A stretch of 64,000 nucleotides of DNA from a virus (taxonomy: Duplodnaviria > Caudoviricetes): positions 1-64,000 of IMG/VR virus record IMGVR_UViG_2684622926_000002; one strand, written 5' to 3'. Below the pieces are notes generated by a model that saw only the letters and a program-made list of their open reading frames with translations, was not told the DNA's origin and ran no database searches. Each line of letters opens with the position of its first letter. Position 1 is the first letter of the stretch. The translations under genes and the position numbers were made by a program. Positions 52,688 to 63,236 of this stretch are shown in pieces.

Positions 52688-53158
52688 TTAATTAGCTGGA
52701 GTCGGTTCATTAAACACAAATGAGCCTTTTACTTTGAATGCGAATGAACCAGTTAAAATGCCATTCTTTTCACCTTTAAACTCAAAATTGGTAACACGCG
52801 CAATCCAGTCAACAGAACTACCATCCTCATGTTGGATTTTAAATGCGTAATTATTACCTGACTCATAGGATTCTCTTAAAGCTTTTTGACCATCATTTGC
52901 AATAACAAAATTAACGTTCATTGATACAGTTGGTTCAGCCGGTAATCCACTAATGGTTTCTTTGGTACGAGATGAAAGTGTTGAGACATCAATCTCTTCA
53001 CCTTCTGGTGATGTCATGGAATAGTCGGTTACCGTACACTCTAAACTTAATTTTGGGGTGGTATCAGTGATGAATTTTGTTGAAGGATCTTTACTAATAA
53101 ATACACCGATATCTCTAGTTTTGGTATATTCGCTTTGTGATTTTTGTACTTCAGTCAT
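52688..53158 (-). CDS. Major tail tube protein
   Basis: EEIDVSTL.S..KE.ISGL..EPT.S...NF....GQ.AL......F.I. Confidence 0.88.
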   Translation of the reverse strand: MTEVQKSQSEYTKTRDIGVFISKDPSTKFITDTTPKLSLECTVTDYSMTSPEGEEIDVSTLSSRTKETISGLPAEPTVSMNVNFVIANDGQKALRESYESGNNYAFKIQHEDGSSVDWIARVTNFEFKGEKNGILTGSFAFKVKGSFVFNEPTPAN

Positions 53159-53445
53159 GTTAGTTTCTCCAAAAATAAAAAAAACCGCAATTAAGCGGCA
53201 AATAGGTTAATTTTTACTTACTGATTATTAAAGGTATAGCTCTTATGATGCTCGATAGAGTTATATATTTAATTCGTAGTTAGGGTGACTTTTAACATTG
53301 AAATGTTTCAATTGTTATTAGTATATTATTGCATCTATGTTTCCTATAGATTAAAAATCTATAAATATCATTATGCAAATCAAATAGTTAAATTATATAA
53401 ACATGGTTTATTTGTATAGAGTAAAAGTTAAAAACTAAGCTCAAT

Positions 53446-53703
53446 TTAATTGATTACGCTAATTATTTTTTTTATTGCCCTTTTATCTTGATTGCACATC
53501 TCAATAACATTCAAGAGATGCTCGTTATAGCTAACACTATCGCCGAATGTCATTTTTTGTGGTGGTAAATTTGCTATGCAATCACTGAGCAGATTTGCTG
53601 GAATTGGCTGATTCACGTAAACTTTTCGCTCGGTTGTACAGGCTACCAGAGATAGACATAGGCACGAACTGATTAGCGCAATCATTATATTTAAGTTGTT
53701 CAT
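53446..53703 (-). CDS. Rz1-like outer-membrane spanin (lipoprotein)
   Basis: Lipobox LSLVAC, P.PANLL..C, CN.DK.AI; overlaps the i-spanin gene. Confidence 0.8.
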   Translation of the reverse strand: MNNLNIMIALISSCLCLSLVACTTERKVYVNQPIPANLLSDCIANLPPQKMTFGDSVSYNEHLLNVIEMCNQDKRAIKKIISVIN

Positions 53704-53950
53704 TGATCTGCTCCTGACGTGAAATAGATTGATTTTCTAGCTCACGTTTTGATTGTTCGTTAGCGGCAATAATCTGATTATTTCTCTCGATAGTTTGCTG
53801 TAATTGTTGCATCTGTGAAGATAATTCAGTCATTTTCTGTTTTGCTGTTTGTTCATCTTCAAAACATTGATAAGCAAAATAAATGCTAAAAATAACAATA
53901 ATTAATAATATTATCGGAGACAGCTTATAAAGTAGTTTTAATTTATCCAT
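53582..53950 (-). CDS. Rz-like inner-membrane spanin
   Basis: N-terminal TM segment, coiled coil, CA...VP. Confidence 0.8.
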   Translation of the reverse strand: MDKLKLLYKLSPIILLIIVIFSIYFAYQCFEDEQTAKQKMTELSSQMQQLQQTIERNNQIIAANEQSKRELENQSISRQEQINEQLKYNDCANQFVPMSISGSLYNRAKSLRESANSSKSAQ

Positions 53951-54390
53951 CAGACTAACCCATTGACGTAAACTGTTTTACCGCCCTGTTTAACCGCAGT
54001 TAACACGATTTGGCGGTTATTGCTCGGACTAAATCCAATATGTACCCATTGGTTGTGCTCCTGGATTAATTTGTCAAACTGCACACCGGCATCAATCAAA
54101 CGTTGGCAAATCTCTTTAGGCGTTCCGTATGAGCTATGAAAATCAACGGCAAGCCCTTTGGTGTGCGCGCTAGTTGGTGAACCGCCTACTTGAGTATTGA
54201 GTGCCGGACAACGATAGCCTGATGTGATAATAATCGGGAAACCTAAAACTTTTCTTACGCACTCCAATTTATTGGCAGTTAGCTTGATATTGGGCATTAA
54301 TTGAACTGGTACAGAATTGTTTATTTTGGCTCTCTCGCCTGTGGTTGAGCGGGTAAATTCCTCAAGCGTAAAATGTTCGGTTAGTTGCAT
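53950..54390 (-). CDS. Endolysin, peptidase M15A family
   Basis: HFTLEEF, SGYRC..LN..VGG...SAH..G.AVD, FD.LI.E...WVH. Confidence 0.92.
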   Translation of the reverse strand: MQLTEHFTLEEFTRSTTGERAKINNSVPVQLMPNIKLTANKLECVRKVLGFPIIITSGYRCPALNTQVGGSPTSAHTKGLAVDFHSSYGTPKEICQRLIDAGVQFDKLIQEHNQWVHIGFSPSNNRQIVLTAVKQGGKTVYVNGLV

Positions 54391-54698
54391 TAGTTATCTC
54401 CTTTGGCTTTTTTAATCAGTCTTTCTTCCAGCGCTTTAATCAGTGTTGCGCCCGACCAACCTGCTAACCCAGCTATACCGCCTGCTAGTTCAAAATCCCA
54501 GTTAAAATAACTAGCAGCAAGAACCACAAGAGAACCAGCAAAAGTTGATACACATATCTGACCTATCAACGTACCAACTCTGAATTTACCACCATTTATA
54601 ACATGATAAGAATAGCTTGCTAATGAACCGAGCGAAGTAATAATAAATAGGTATACAACAACCGTCCAGTTGACGTTGTTTGGGTCTTTTATTGGCAT
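54390..54698 (-). CDS. Holin
   Basis: 102 aa with 3 TM segments, directly upstream of the endolysin. Confidence 0.85.
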   Translation of the reverse strand: MPIKDPNNVNWTVVVYLFIITSLGSLASYSYHVINGGKFRVGTLIGQICVSTFAGSLVVLAASYFNWDFELAGGIAGLAGWSGATLIKALEERLIKKAKGDN

Positions 54699-55865
54699 GA
54701 TAAAATCTTTATGTTAGTTAATAGAAATGACAGCGTGCTAGCTAAGCATTGGTTGGTTGTGTGTGTCTAGCGTTGCTGTCGATGCTGTAGCTCTTCACTA
54801 AGGTATCTAGTTTTGACTATGTCAAAAATTAGTAAAAGTGATGAGAGAAACTTTATTTAAAATAGATAATTAGCGAAAATATAGTGTCTACCATGAATTA
54901 AAATTAAGGTTAATTGTCTATAAACAAGCATAAAAAAACCGCAATTAAGCGGTTAATCTAGCATTTTGAATTAGTTATTTTTCCCTAAAAAAATAATCAA
55001 TTACAAATTGTATCGTTAAGTTAGTTATAACTCTTTTATAATTAAGATTTTAAATGTAAACAAATTGATGCATTATCTTTTCTTTATTAGAGAGTCATAG
55101 AAAAAAAGTGCTAAAAATTCAAAAAATGCAGCATCGCCACTATAAAAGAGGTAGTGATAATCAGTTAAATTATTGAGCCTCTATTCCGAAAAATAGATAT
55201 AAAAGAACAGATTGATAACAAAATAAATCATCAAAAAAACAATTACATATTGTTAATCTTTTCATTTTATTTTTATTTAAAAATATATTCTCACCTTCAA
55301 AAGATAAGTACTTATCCCATCTCTTAAATTGATTATACGGTATTCAATATTTGAAAATATTACTCAACGCGAAAAAATAGAGCGCTAACTTTCAATATCT
55401 CGATTCAGTTAGATTTATTTGCTATATAATCGATAACTCTTTTATAGAATCTTAGACTAAATTTATATTAAATCTTTAGTTAAAATAATCCCTAACTGGA
55501 ATTATAAAGTTAACTAGATAATTTTTAGCATTATTTAAGTTTTACGAATACAGTTATAAAAATTATACAAAAGATGAGCAAGGTAATTTTTTAAGAAATC
55601 TATTTCATTAACAACTAAAAATAATTAAATTATTTTTGATTAAGCGTTTGAGCTTTATTATAAGTTAACTCACAATGATAACCATCAATAGAACGCTGAT
55701 AAGCTACTATCGACCTAATACTAGGACTTAAAGAGAAGTAAAATAACAGGTAAAATACGCATTTTAATTCTGCTACTTTGATAAGCTCGCCAATATTCAA
55801 TAGTAGAAATAAAATATAAATCATTGAATAAAATTAAAAAAAGATTGTATATTTAAAAAATCAAG

Positions 55866-56063
55866 GTGAATAGTATGGCGTTAACTAGAACTGAAATTAA
55901 TGAGCGTAGTAACGAAAAACGTGGTATAAAAAATAAAGCATTTAAATTAAATATAAACGATATAGCAATGATTAAACAAACTGCTATAGATTTAAATATG
56001 TCAGAAGCAAAACTAGTAGTAGAAGCTATTAAATTCTATAAAGACAATAAAAAAGCCTCATAA
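55866..56063 (+). CDS. Small ribbon-helix-helix/CopG-like protein; duplicate at 62711..62908
   Basis: MALTRTEINERSNEKRGIKNKAFKL...KLVVEAIKFY. Confidence 0.6.
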   Translation: MNSMALTRTEINERSNEKRGIKNKAFKLNINDIAMIKQTAIDLNMSEAKLVVEAIKFYKDNKKAS

Positions 56064-56276
56064 GAGGCTTTCTTGGTAATTCAATATTGAACGTTGTTCT
56101 TGTAGAGTGATTTCATTTAGATGTTTTCTTGGGTTACCACACATCCAACAAGAACAAGCTGCGGGTGTTACTACATGTCTTTTTAGAGCCTTTCTTGAAG
56201 TAGCACCATAAAAGTCATTCTTTCTATTATCTAAACATCGTTTAATCTGATGTCGTCTATATGCTCTTGTTCTCAT
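56058..56276 (-). CDS. Small phage protein with CSCWMCGNPRK motif; duplicate at 62903..63121
   Basis: 72 aa, located directly downstream of Q or its remnant. Confidence 0.65.
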   Translation of the reverse strand: MRTRAYRRHQIKRCLDNRKNDFYGATSRKALKRHVVTPAACSCWMCGNPRKHLNEITLQEQRSILNYQESLL

Positions 56277-56394
56277 ATTTTTCTAATTAACTAACAAGTT
56301 AGATAATAAAAAAGCTCTTTTTTAGAGCTTTATATACAACTATTCCATTCTGTGTGCTTTATACCACACCTCTCTTAAGAAATCAACTTTTTTA

Positions 56395-56738
56395 TAAAAA
56401 TTTATTTTTTAACATCTCTAATTCAATTCCGGATCTGCTTTTTATTGCGGCAAACTACCCTGTTAAAAAATCCTCACCACTTTTTTGAGTTTATCAATTG
56501 CATTCCAATTGGTTTTAAATTTTTTGGCAATATCAACAGTGGTAATGGTTTAACCATGTAGAGTTTCTCCTCTCTGATACCTCGGGCAATTTTTTAAAAA
56601 TTGGCAAATCATCAAAACCTTGCGCTTGTCTTTTCCTTCCGCTTTAACACAGCCAGCCACAGCTATATAGTCAGTAACCTCTTGTTTTTTTCACCCAATA
56701 ATAGAGTATCAAGGTATTATATATATCTTTGGATTGAG
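56395..56738 (-). pseudogene. 3' remnant of a Q antiterminator (duplicate of part of 63237..63854)
   Basis: Nucleotide match to ~63240-63587, with frameshifts. Confidence 0.85.
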
Positions 56739-56900
56739 GCATTTTCAGCGATAAGATAGTCAGATGTAGGCATCTGCATTGGTAAAATTTGAATTTTCGT
56801 GTACTTGTTAATGGCGTCGCCTACAAGATTAAAAATAAAAAACAACCAATTGATTAGTAGGGTTAAAAAATAAAATAAAAATACCGTAAAAAATACTGTT

Positions 56901-58691
56901 TTATTTATTGGTATACCAACATTCAAATCGAGTAATTTCAACGCGCATCGTTTTAGCCTCACCTTTATCGATTCTTCGGTAAACATTGCCCGCAACACCT
57001 GAGGTAACAGGCTCTACGTTAGGTAAAACTCTCTCAAATGACATTGTTGCGATTGCACCTTCGCTTTCTATTTGTATATTCGCGTAACCTCGATTGTCAA
57101 TGAATGACGTTAAACTTACACTATACCGCGAGTCCGATTTTTTAATATTTAGATAGCCCACTTTTTCATAGCGATTAACATTATTTAAAGTATCAAATGT
57201 ATGTATATATATTGATATGTATCCAGAGAAAAAATACAACATAATGCCGTTAATGGTGTTCTTATATCTACCAGGTGCTTGACATAAGAACACACCCGAA
57301 CCGTCATCGAAAAGCCCTTCTAGTATAATATGAGTATTTTTATCTCGAGTGAACAGTTGTACAACGTTCTCTCCGTATCTATCGTAAATATCTGATGTGC
57401 GGCAAAAACTAGTTTCTATAAATGGTTCATCAGCCGGTGCAACTAGGTCTTGCTGATCCCTAAACGTTCTATAATTTTTTAGCAAATCTTTAGTTGTAAG
57501 TTTAGCTTGATAGTTCACAATAAAATCAAAATGACCAAAGAACACACTATTTGTCAGGCTCATATCTCCTATTAATTGAATTCTATTTAGCCCATATTTC
57601 AGATCTTTAATGTATTCTGGGGTATCCACCGCCGAGTACTCACCATACCACAACATCGAACCTACGATTTTTGATTCACTATTACCCGTTAGCACATCCG
57701 TTACTTTAATGCTCGATGTTCTGGCATCCCCCAACATCCGGCGGTAAACAATGGAAGCGTTAGGATGCTCACACCAAACCCAAATATCGAGCAGTACTTT
57801 GTTTTTGCAATCAAATTTTTGGGGATTAACATAAGGATTAACACCATATTTACAACTTGTTGTCGTAGATGAAGTATTAACACCTATAGGTGAATTACCC
57901 CTATCATCTAAAAAGTGTACGCTTTCATACGTGTTGCTGTCGTTAATTTTAACAATGCGATTATAAAATAGATTGGCAATCCAGCATGCCTGAAACGAAT
58001 GTCCCAAATCCAACCAGTGTGTATTATCTGGTTGGAGATCTGCGTAGTTATACTCATTTGTATTTGACATCCACTTTTTCATCTCGGCGTCTAGGTCTAA
58101 CAAGGGAATATTTCGAGTACACGCAATGTATCTTTTCATACTATTTATGCGTTCGATCTTAAAGGGTTTGCTATCCATATCCCCCGTTGATTTTAAACGG
58201 ACAACGTTGCACGTCAATATAATAGGTAAGGCGCCAATCTTTTCTATTTTATCAATTAATAAATTTGTTTGCTGTAATGTATCCGCCAATAAGTCTCCTT
58301 TGTTATGACCAGCATCGTTAATGCCAAATCCAAACATTACAATATCGACTTTGCCATAATGGGGATTATTAGTTATCGCATTTTCAAAATTTTGCACTGC
58401 CCAACCGTCATCCAGTCGTTTACCTGAATACCCCGCGTTATAAACATGGATATTGTCATTATTGTACATTGTCCGTAATATCGCTTGTAATATCACAGGC
58501 CAAGAATTTGGGGCATTATCGTTGTGATTTGTACCAAATTTATTTCGCGTCCATCCAGTAGTCGCATGCCCATCTGTTGTTGAATCACCATAACATGCGA
58601 TTTTTACTGTTTGCCCCGCAGCCATCTGGGCAATCCAATAATTTAGTTTACCTTTGTTGTCGATTTCAAGTGGTGTGTTAAACTCTGACAT
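56901..58691 (-). CDS. SGNH/GDSL hydrolase-domain protein (tailspike-like esterase)
   Basis: YGDSTTDG, NAGYSG, FGINDA and DNTH catalytic blocks, followed by beta-rich domains. Confidence 0.8.
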   Translation of the reverse strand: MSEFNTPLEIDNKGKLNYWIAQMAAGQTVKIACYGDSTTDGHATTGWTRNKFGTNHNDNAPNSWPVILQAILRTMYNNDNIHVYNAGYSGKRLDDGWAVQNFENAITNNPHYGKVDIVMFGFGINDAGHNKGDLLADTLQQTNLLIDKIEKIGALPIILTCNVVRLKSTGDMDSKPFKIERINSMKRYIACTRNIPLLDLDAEMKKWMSNTNEYNYADLQPDNTHWLDLGHSFQACWIANLFYNRIVKINDSNTYESVHFLDDRGNSPIGVNTSSTTTSCKYGVNPYVNPQKFDCKNKVLLDIWVWCEHPNASIVYRRMLGDARTSSIKVTDVLTGNSESKIVGSMLWYGEYSAVDTPEYIKDLKYGLNRIQLIGDMSLTNSVFFGHFDFIVNYQAKLTTKDLLKNYRTFRDQQDLVAPADEPFIETSFCRTSDIYDRYGENVVQLFTRDKNTHIILEGLFDDGSGVFLCQAPGRYKNTINGIMLYFFSGYISIYIHTFDTLNNVNRYEKVGYLNIKKSDSRYSVSLTSFIDNRGYANIQIESEGAIATMSFERVLPNVEPVTSGVAGNVYRRIDKGEAKTMRVEITRFECWYTNK

Positions 58692-59004
58692 TTTTACCTC
58701 GTTAGGATTTTATTATAGTACTTAATTTATTAATTATTTGAAAAATAAAGATAAAGAACAAATTAAATACCGTAAAATTTTTTGAATTTATTCGATCTGT
58801 TTCTCAATCTTTTTATATTAGAATAATGCCCGACGATTACGATTTAGAATTAGCAGGCGATAAGCTACATAATTAACAGTCACGACGATCATAACTACGT
58901 TTTCTATCAAAATGATGATGACATGTTTGATATCGCCGATTTTGTGATGTTGTCTGATGTTGTCTGATGTTGTTGAGTATTGAAGATTGAAGTTCGTTGC
59001 GATG

Positions 59005-59335
59005 ATTGTTAACTCAATTCTGGTTTTGTTGGAAAAATAACATTGATATCCGATGCGTCTAATTTTTTTAGACTAATTCGATATAGTTTCCATTTTTTTA
59101 ACATTGTTACATCTTTATCAGTCGCCTGGTCGAACTCTATTTTATCGATGAGTATATCTATTTCGTTGTTAGCTTCATTCAATAACGATTCTTTAATTTG
59201 CTGATTTTGAAAATTATTTGCTCGTCCGTAAACCCCATTGTTTCAGGATTAACAAGAACTAATTTACCATTTTCACATTTTAACTCTTTCCCCTTTTTAT
59301 TAGCTTTAATAGCCATTTCATCTGCCATATTACAT
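59005..59335 (-). pseudogene. Tail fibre chaperone pseudogene (copy of 37923..38255)
   Basis: EMAIKANKKGKELKCENGKL...EQIIFK; frameshifted. Confidence 0.8.
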
Positions 59336-59344
59336 ATTAACTGT

Positions 59345-59830
59345 AGTTTCGGTTTTCTCTTTAAATACCTGAACACTCACGTGTTTACTTAACAATTCAA
59401 GATTCTTGACTTTGTCTGGTATTTTATTTTTTTCATAAGTGCTTCCGTGTCCCCAATTCCGATAATGGCAATATCTAAACCTGATAATGTGGTCCTCTAT
59501 GTTCTCGGCCATTCTTTCATGGGGAGGAAATCACCTGAATGAGCGAGGATGTCCAAGATGTCCATTTGGTCTATTTCAACTAATCGCTTTAGCACATAGT
59601 CAGCATCTATTTTGTTACGTTTATCGTGCTGTTGTTTAGGTTCTTAGATATAATTTTGAACTGAAGTTTTTTGAAGTAATTGGTAAGATAATTGTGCGGA
59701 CGTCTTTTGACTATATCCTGCTGACTATATCCTGCTGACTATATCCTGCTCGGATTGCTGCTTGTGTCGTATTGAGATCTACTAAATAGCCACGACAAAA
59801 CAGCTCATGTTTGTCGGTGAGCTTTGTCAT
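59345..59830 (-). pseudogene. terS: Terminase small subunit pseudogene
   Basis: MTKLTDKHELFCRGYLVDLNTTQAAIRAGYS...PDKVKNLELL.KHVSVQ; broken by frameshifts and a 3 x 14-bp repeat (GACTATATCCTGCT, 59709-59750). Confidence 0.85.
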
Positions 59831-60180
59831 ATTTATACCTTTAGTTAATTTTTTAGATAATAAAAAACCGCCAGACGGCGGTTCGGTGAATTAATTACTC
59901 ATGCCTTATAACAAACAGAGCTTCAGCAAAAGTCGCTAACATAAACCTTTCGGGCTTACTTTCTGCTTGGTCAATGATTCGTTGTAATTGCTCCTCTGCA
60001 TCATCAGGAAGTGGCTCGGTATTAATCAGTTTAGTCGCTTGCTCAACTAATGAATCAAACTTATTCATTTAATGCCCTTATCTAACGCATTATTCATTGG
60101 CCTGTAACCATTCAGATAGTTGACTTGGGTGACCTATTTTTTTCTTATCACCCTTTTTCATAATCTTTCCTTTAATTAAC

Positions 60181-62211
60181 TTAAATATACATGATTGCAG
60201 GTATTTTTCTTTCTCCTTCACCTAAACTAGGGTTATTTATAATTTTCCCTTTGTACCACAATGATGCACTACCACCGCCATCAAGATTAAACGCATGAAT
60301 GCAACCAAGATCTTTCATTTTTCTAGCTACTTGCTCCATTGTACAACCAGCAAATCCAGATTTACCATCAACAGCAAGCAAAATATAACTTCCATCTTTT
60401 TTCTGTCCTAAACACATTCTAGCGGATAAATATCCAACCCAACCATTATAATCTAACAATTTATTTGGAACTGGATCATATACCTCACCATCTACAACAA
60501 GTGGGGCTCGAAATATTGCTGTTTGCCATGCGTTTTCAGCAATACTAGCTGAGGCAATCATCAAAGGGTTATTGGAACTATAACTAGGTGTTGAAAAATC
60601 GCGACATGTTAAGCTATTGTATCTATCAATGACAAGCATGCTGCGTGCCCACCAAAAGTTTTCTGTTCCATATGTATCATATACAGTTCCATTGACGACG
60701 ATATCACCAAGTTTTTTACTTGGAACATGCCAAGCACTGCTATTCCATGCTAAGGTTGCATTATCAATAGATTTCATCCAGTCAGATAGTGTTTTAAAAT
60801 CGTTAGTATTAGCTGCTTGTTGTATTTTTCGATAATCATTGACTCGAAATTCAATAAGGTATGAGGTTGCCTCATTTAGATCTGAATCATGCTCTTTTAT
60901 AATTGGCTCTGAAATATAATCATTGATTGACGGTTTAATAATATTTAATTTTTGTTCATTATAAATATTTGTTACATCAGCAGAAGAATCATTTCTAATG
61001 GTTTTTATTTCTCCAGGGGCATAAAATTCATTGTTAAAGTATTGGCCATTTGTTACCTCTTTACTAAACCATAATAATCCTGTATTTGTTTGTGTAACGT
61101 CTGTGTAAAATTTATTATTAAAAACAGAAATACTATCAGTGTATTCAATTTTTATACCTGATGATAAACAATGAAAACTACAATCATGTATTCGCCAGAA
61201 TTTACTTGGGTAGGTATTTCCTCTTGTTTGTGCATTTAAATTGGCATTACCAATAATAATTGCATAACCTGTTTTAACAGCTCGATCAAATACACAATTG
61301 AATAAATCAACATTAACACATCCGGTTGCCCTAATATTACAAGCTTTTTCGTTAGAAGTTAGATTTGAATTGTGAACTTTTACATCAGTACATGCCTCTA
61401 ATTTTATAGTATCTGTTATGGTACTGGCTGTAATATTATTAATCATAAGACCATTACAAAAGTATGCTCTAATCCCGCCATGCTTTAACATCTCCTTATC
61501 ACGCAATGAACCTGTAATAACCAAATTATCTAAAATTATTTTAGATAATCTTGCGGTACTCGTACCAATTAAAGATATACTAGAAGCGACACAATTTGCT
61601 ATACGGGTATTGAGGATACGAATTTCACTAGCAGCAAATGACATTGTTGGTTCAATATAAATCCCATTTAGGAACTCTTGAAATTCACAATTGTCGATTA
61701 ATACGTGATTAGCATTTAGAACAGTTAATCCATTGAATGCTCGACTCTTAATCGAAGTAAATTTACAACAACGAATAGAATATCCACTTGTTATCGTCCG
61801 CGATTGACCAATTTGCAGGCTCGAATGTAAAAAATTCACACCGTTTAACGCAACCGGAGTATAGATTTGTTCATTATCTTTTGGCGCAAGTTTCACTACC
61901 AGATTATTAAATGTTACATTTGAAACATTCATTCTACGCCCAATATAAAAAACCACATTAGGAGAAAGATCTCCATTGTCAGGAGCCTTAAAAGAAACAG
62001 CGCCTGTAGAAATAAATTCTCTTTTTAATTCAATATCTGACGAAATAGTATAAGTGCCGCTCGGGAATAATAAAATTCCACCATTTTTATACGTTTCATC
62101 AATTGCTTTAGTAATGGCTAAGGTGTCATCCTGTAGCCCATCCCCTACGGCTCCGAACTCTTTAACTGAAAAAATATTTGATTTTTTATCATACTCTTGC
62201 GATGAATTCAT
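60181..62211 (-). CDS. Beta-helix (pectate-lyase-like) plus phosphodiester glycosidase (NAGPA-like) protein, tailspike/depolymerase-like
   Basis: SVKEFGAVGDGLQDDT.AI..AI...FPSGTY; C-terminal R..LGQ.KDG.Y.LL.VDG...A.NLDGGGS. Confidence 0.85.
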   Translation of the reverse strand: MNSSQEYDKKSNIFSVKEFGAVGDGLQDDTLAITKAIDETYKNGGILLFPSGTYTISSDIELKREFISTGAVSFKAPDNGDLSPNVVFYIGRRMNVSNVTFNNLVVKLAPKDNEQIYTPVALNGVNFLHSSLQIGQSRTITSGYSIRCCKFTSIKSRAFNGLTVLNANHVLIDNCEFQEFLNGIYIEPTMSFAASEIRILNTRIANCVASSISLIGTSTARLSKIILDNLVITGSLRDKEMLKHGGIRAYFCNGLMINNITASTITDTIKLEACTDVKVHNSNLTSNEKACNIRATGCVNVDLFNCVFDRAVKTGYAIIIGNANLNAQTRGNTYPSKFWRIHDCSFHCLSSGIKIEYTDSISVFNNKFYTDVTQTNTGLLWFSKEVTNGQYFNNEFYAPGEIKTIRNDSSADVTNIYNEQKLNIIKPSINDYISEPIIKEHDSDLNEATSYLIEFRVNDYRKIQQAANTNDFKTLSDWMKSIDNATLAWNSSAWHVPSKKLGDIVVNGTVYDTYGTENFWWARSMLVIDRYNSLTCRDFSTPSYSSNNPLMIASASIAENAWQTAIFRAPLVVDGEVYDPVPNKLLDYNGWVGYLSARMCLGQKKDGSYILLAVDGKSGFAGCTMEQVARKMKDLGCIHAFNLDGGGSASLWYKGKIINNPSLGEGERKIPAIMYI

Positions 62212-62229
62212 TTAATTATCTCCTTAATA

Positions 62230-62626
62230 GCCTTTTTAATTTGATTACACATTTCAATAACATTGAATAAATGCTCCTTGTATCTGATGCTATCGCCGAA
62301 CGTCATTTTTTGTGGCGGTAAATTTGCTATGCAATTACTGAGCAGATTTGCTGGAATTGGCTGATTCACGTAGACTTTTCACTTGGTTGTACAGGCTACC
62401 AGAGATAGACATAGGCACGAACTGACTAGCACAGTCATTATTTTTGAGTTGTTCTTGGATCTGCTCCTGACGTGAAATAGATTGATTTTCTAGCTCACGT
62501 TTTGATTGTTCGTAGCGGCAATAATCTGATTATTTCACTCGATAGTTTGCTGTAATTGTTGCATCTGTGGAGATAATTCAGTCATTTTCTGTTTTGCAGT
62601 TTGTTCATCTTCAAAACATTGATAAG
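62230..62626 (-). pseudogene. Spanin (Rz/Rz1) remnant, duplicate of ~53530-53872
   Basis: Nucleotide match to the spanin genes, with 5' truncation and a deletion. Confidence 0.85.
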
Positions 62627-62710
62627 CTCGCCGGCATTCTATAGTAGTTTAAATTTTAGGTAACCTATTAAATAACCTTAAAAAAATGATTGTAGATTTA
62701 AAAAATCAAG

Positions 62711-62908
62711 GTGAATAACATGGCACTAACAAGAGTTCAAATTAATCAAAAAAGTGACGAAAAGCGAGGAGTTAAAACAAAAGGTTTTAAATTAAATATA
62801 AACGATATAGCAATGATTAAACAAACTGCTATAGATTTAAATATGTCGGAAGCAAAGCTAGTAGTAGAAGCTATTAAGTTCTATAAAGACAATAAAAAAG
62901 CCTCATAA
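62711..62908 (+). CDS. Small RHH-like protein (duplicate of 55866..56063)
   Basis: Near-identical C-terminal two thirds. Confidence 0.6.
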   Translation: MNNMALTRVQINQKSDEKRGVKTKGFKLNINDIAMIKQTAIDLNMSEAKLVVEAIKFYKDNKKAS

Positions 62909-63121
62909 GAGGCCTTCTTGGTAATTCAATATTGAACGTTGTTCTTGTAGAGTGATTTCATTTAGATGTTTTCTTGGGTTACCACACATCCAACAAGAAC
63001 AAGCTGCGGGTGTTACTACATGCCTTTTTAGAGCCTTTCTTGAAGTAGCACCATAAAAGTCATTCTTTCTATTATCTAAACATCGTTTAATCTGATGTCG
63101 TCTATATGCTCTTGTTCTCAT
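62903..63121 (-). CDS. Small phage protein (duplicate of 56058..56276)
   Basis: One amino-acid difference from the other copy. Confidence 0.65.
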   Translation of the reverse strand: MRTRAYRRHQIKRCLDNRKNDFYGATSRKALKRHVVTPAACSCWMCGNPRKHLNEITLQEQRSILNYQEGLL

Positions 63122-63236
63122 ATTTTTCTAATTAACTAGCAAGTTAGATAATAAAAAAGCTCTTTTTCAGAGCTTTATATACAACTATTCCATTCTGTGT
63201 ACTTTATACCACACCTCTCTTAAGAAATCAATTTTT

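Noticed and set aside
54729-54780. Imperfect hairpin upstream of the holin as an ncRNA or tRNA
   Set aside because: Only short complementary arms, with no tRNA or family motif.
39150-61660. Plus-strand ORFs overlapping the fibre, J, TMP, SGNH and beta-helix genes
   Set aside because: Antisense shadows of well-supported minus-strand genes.
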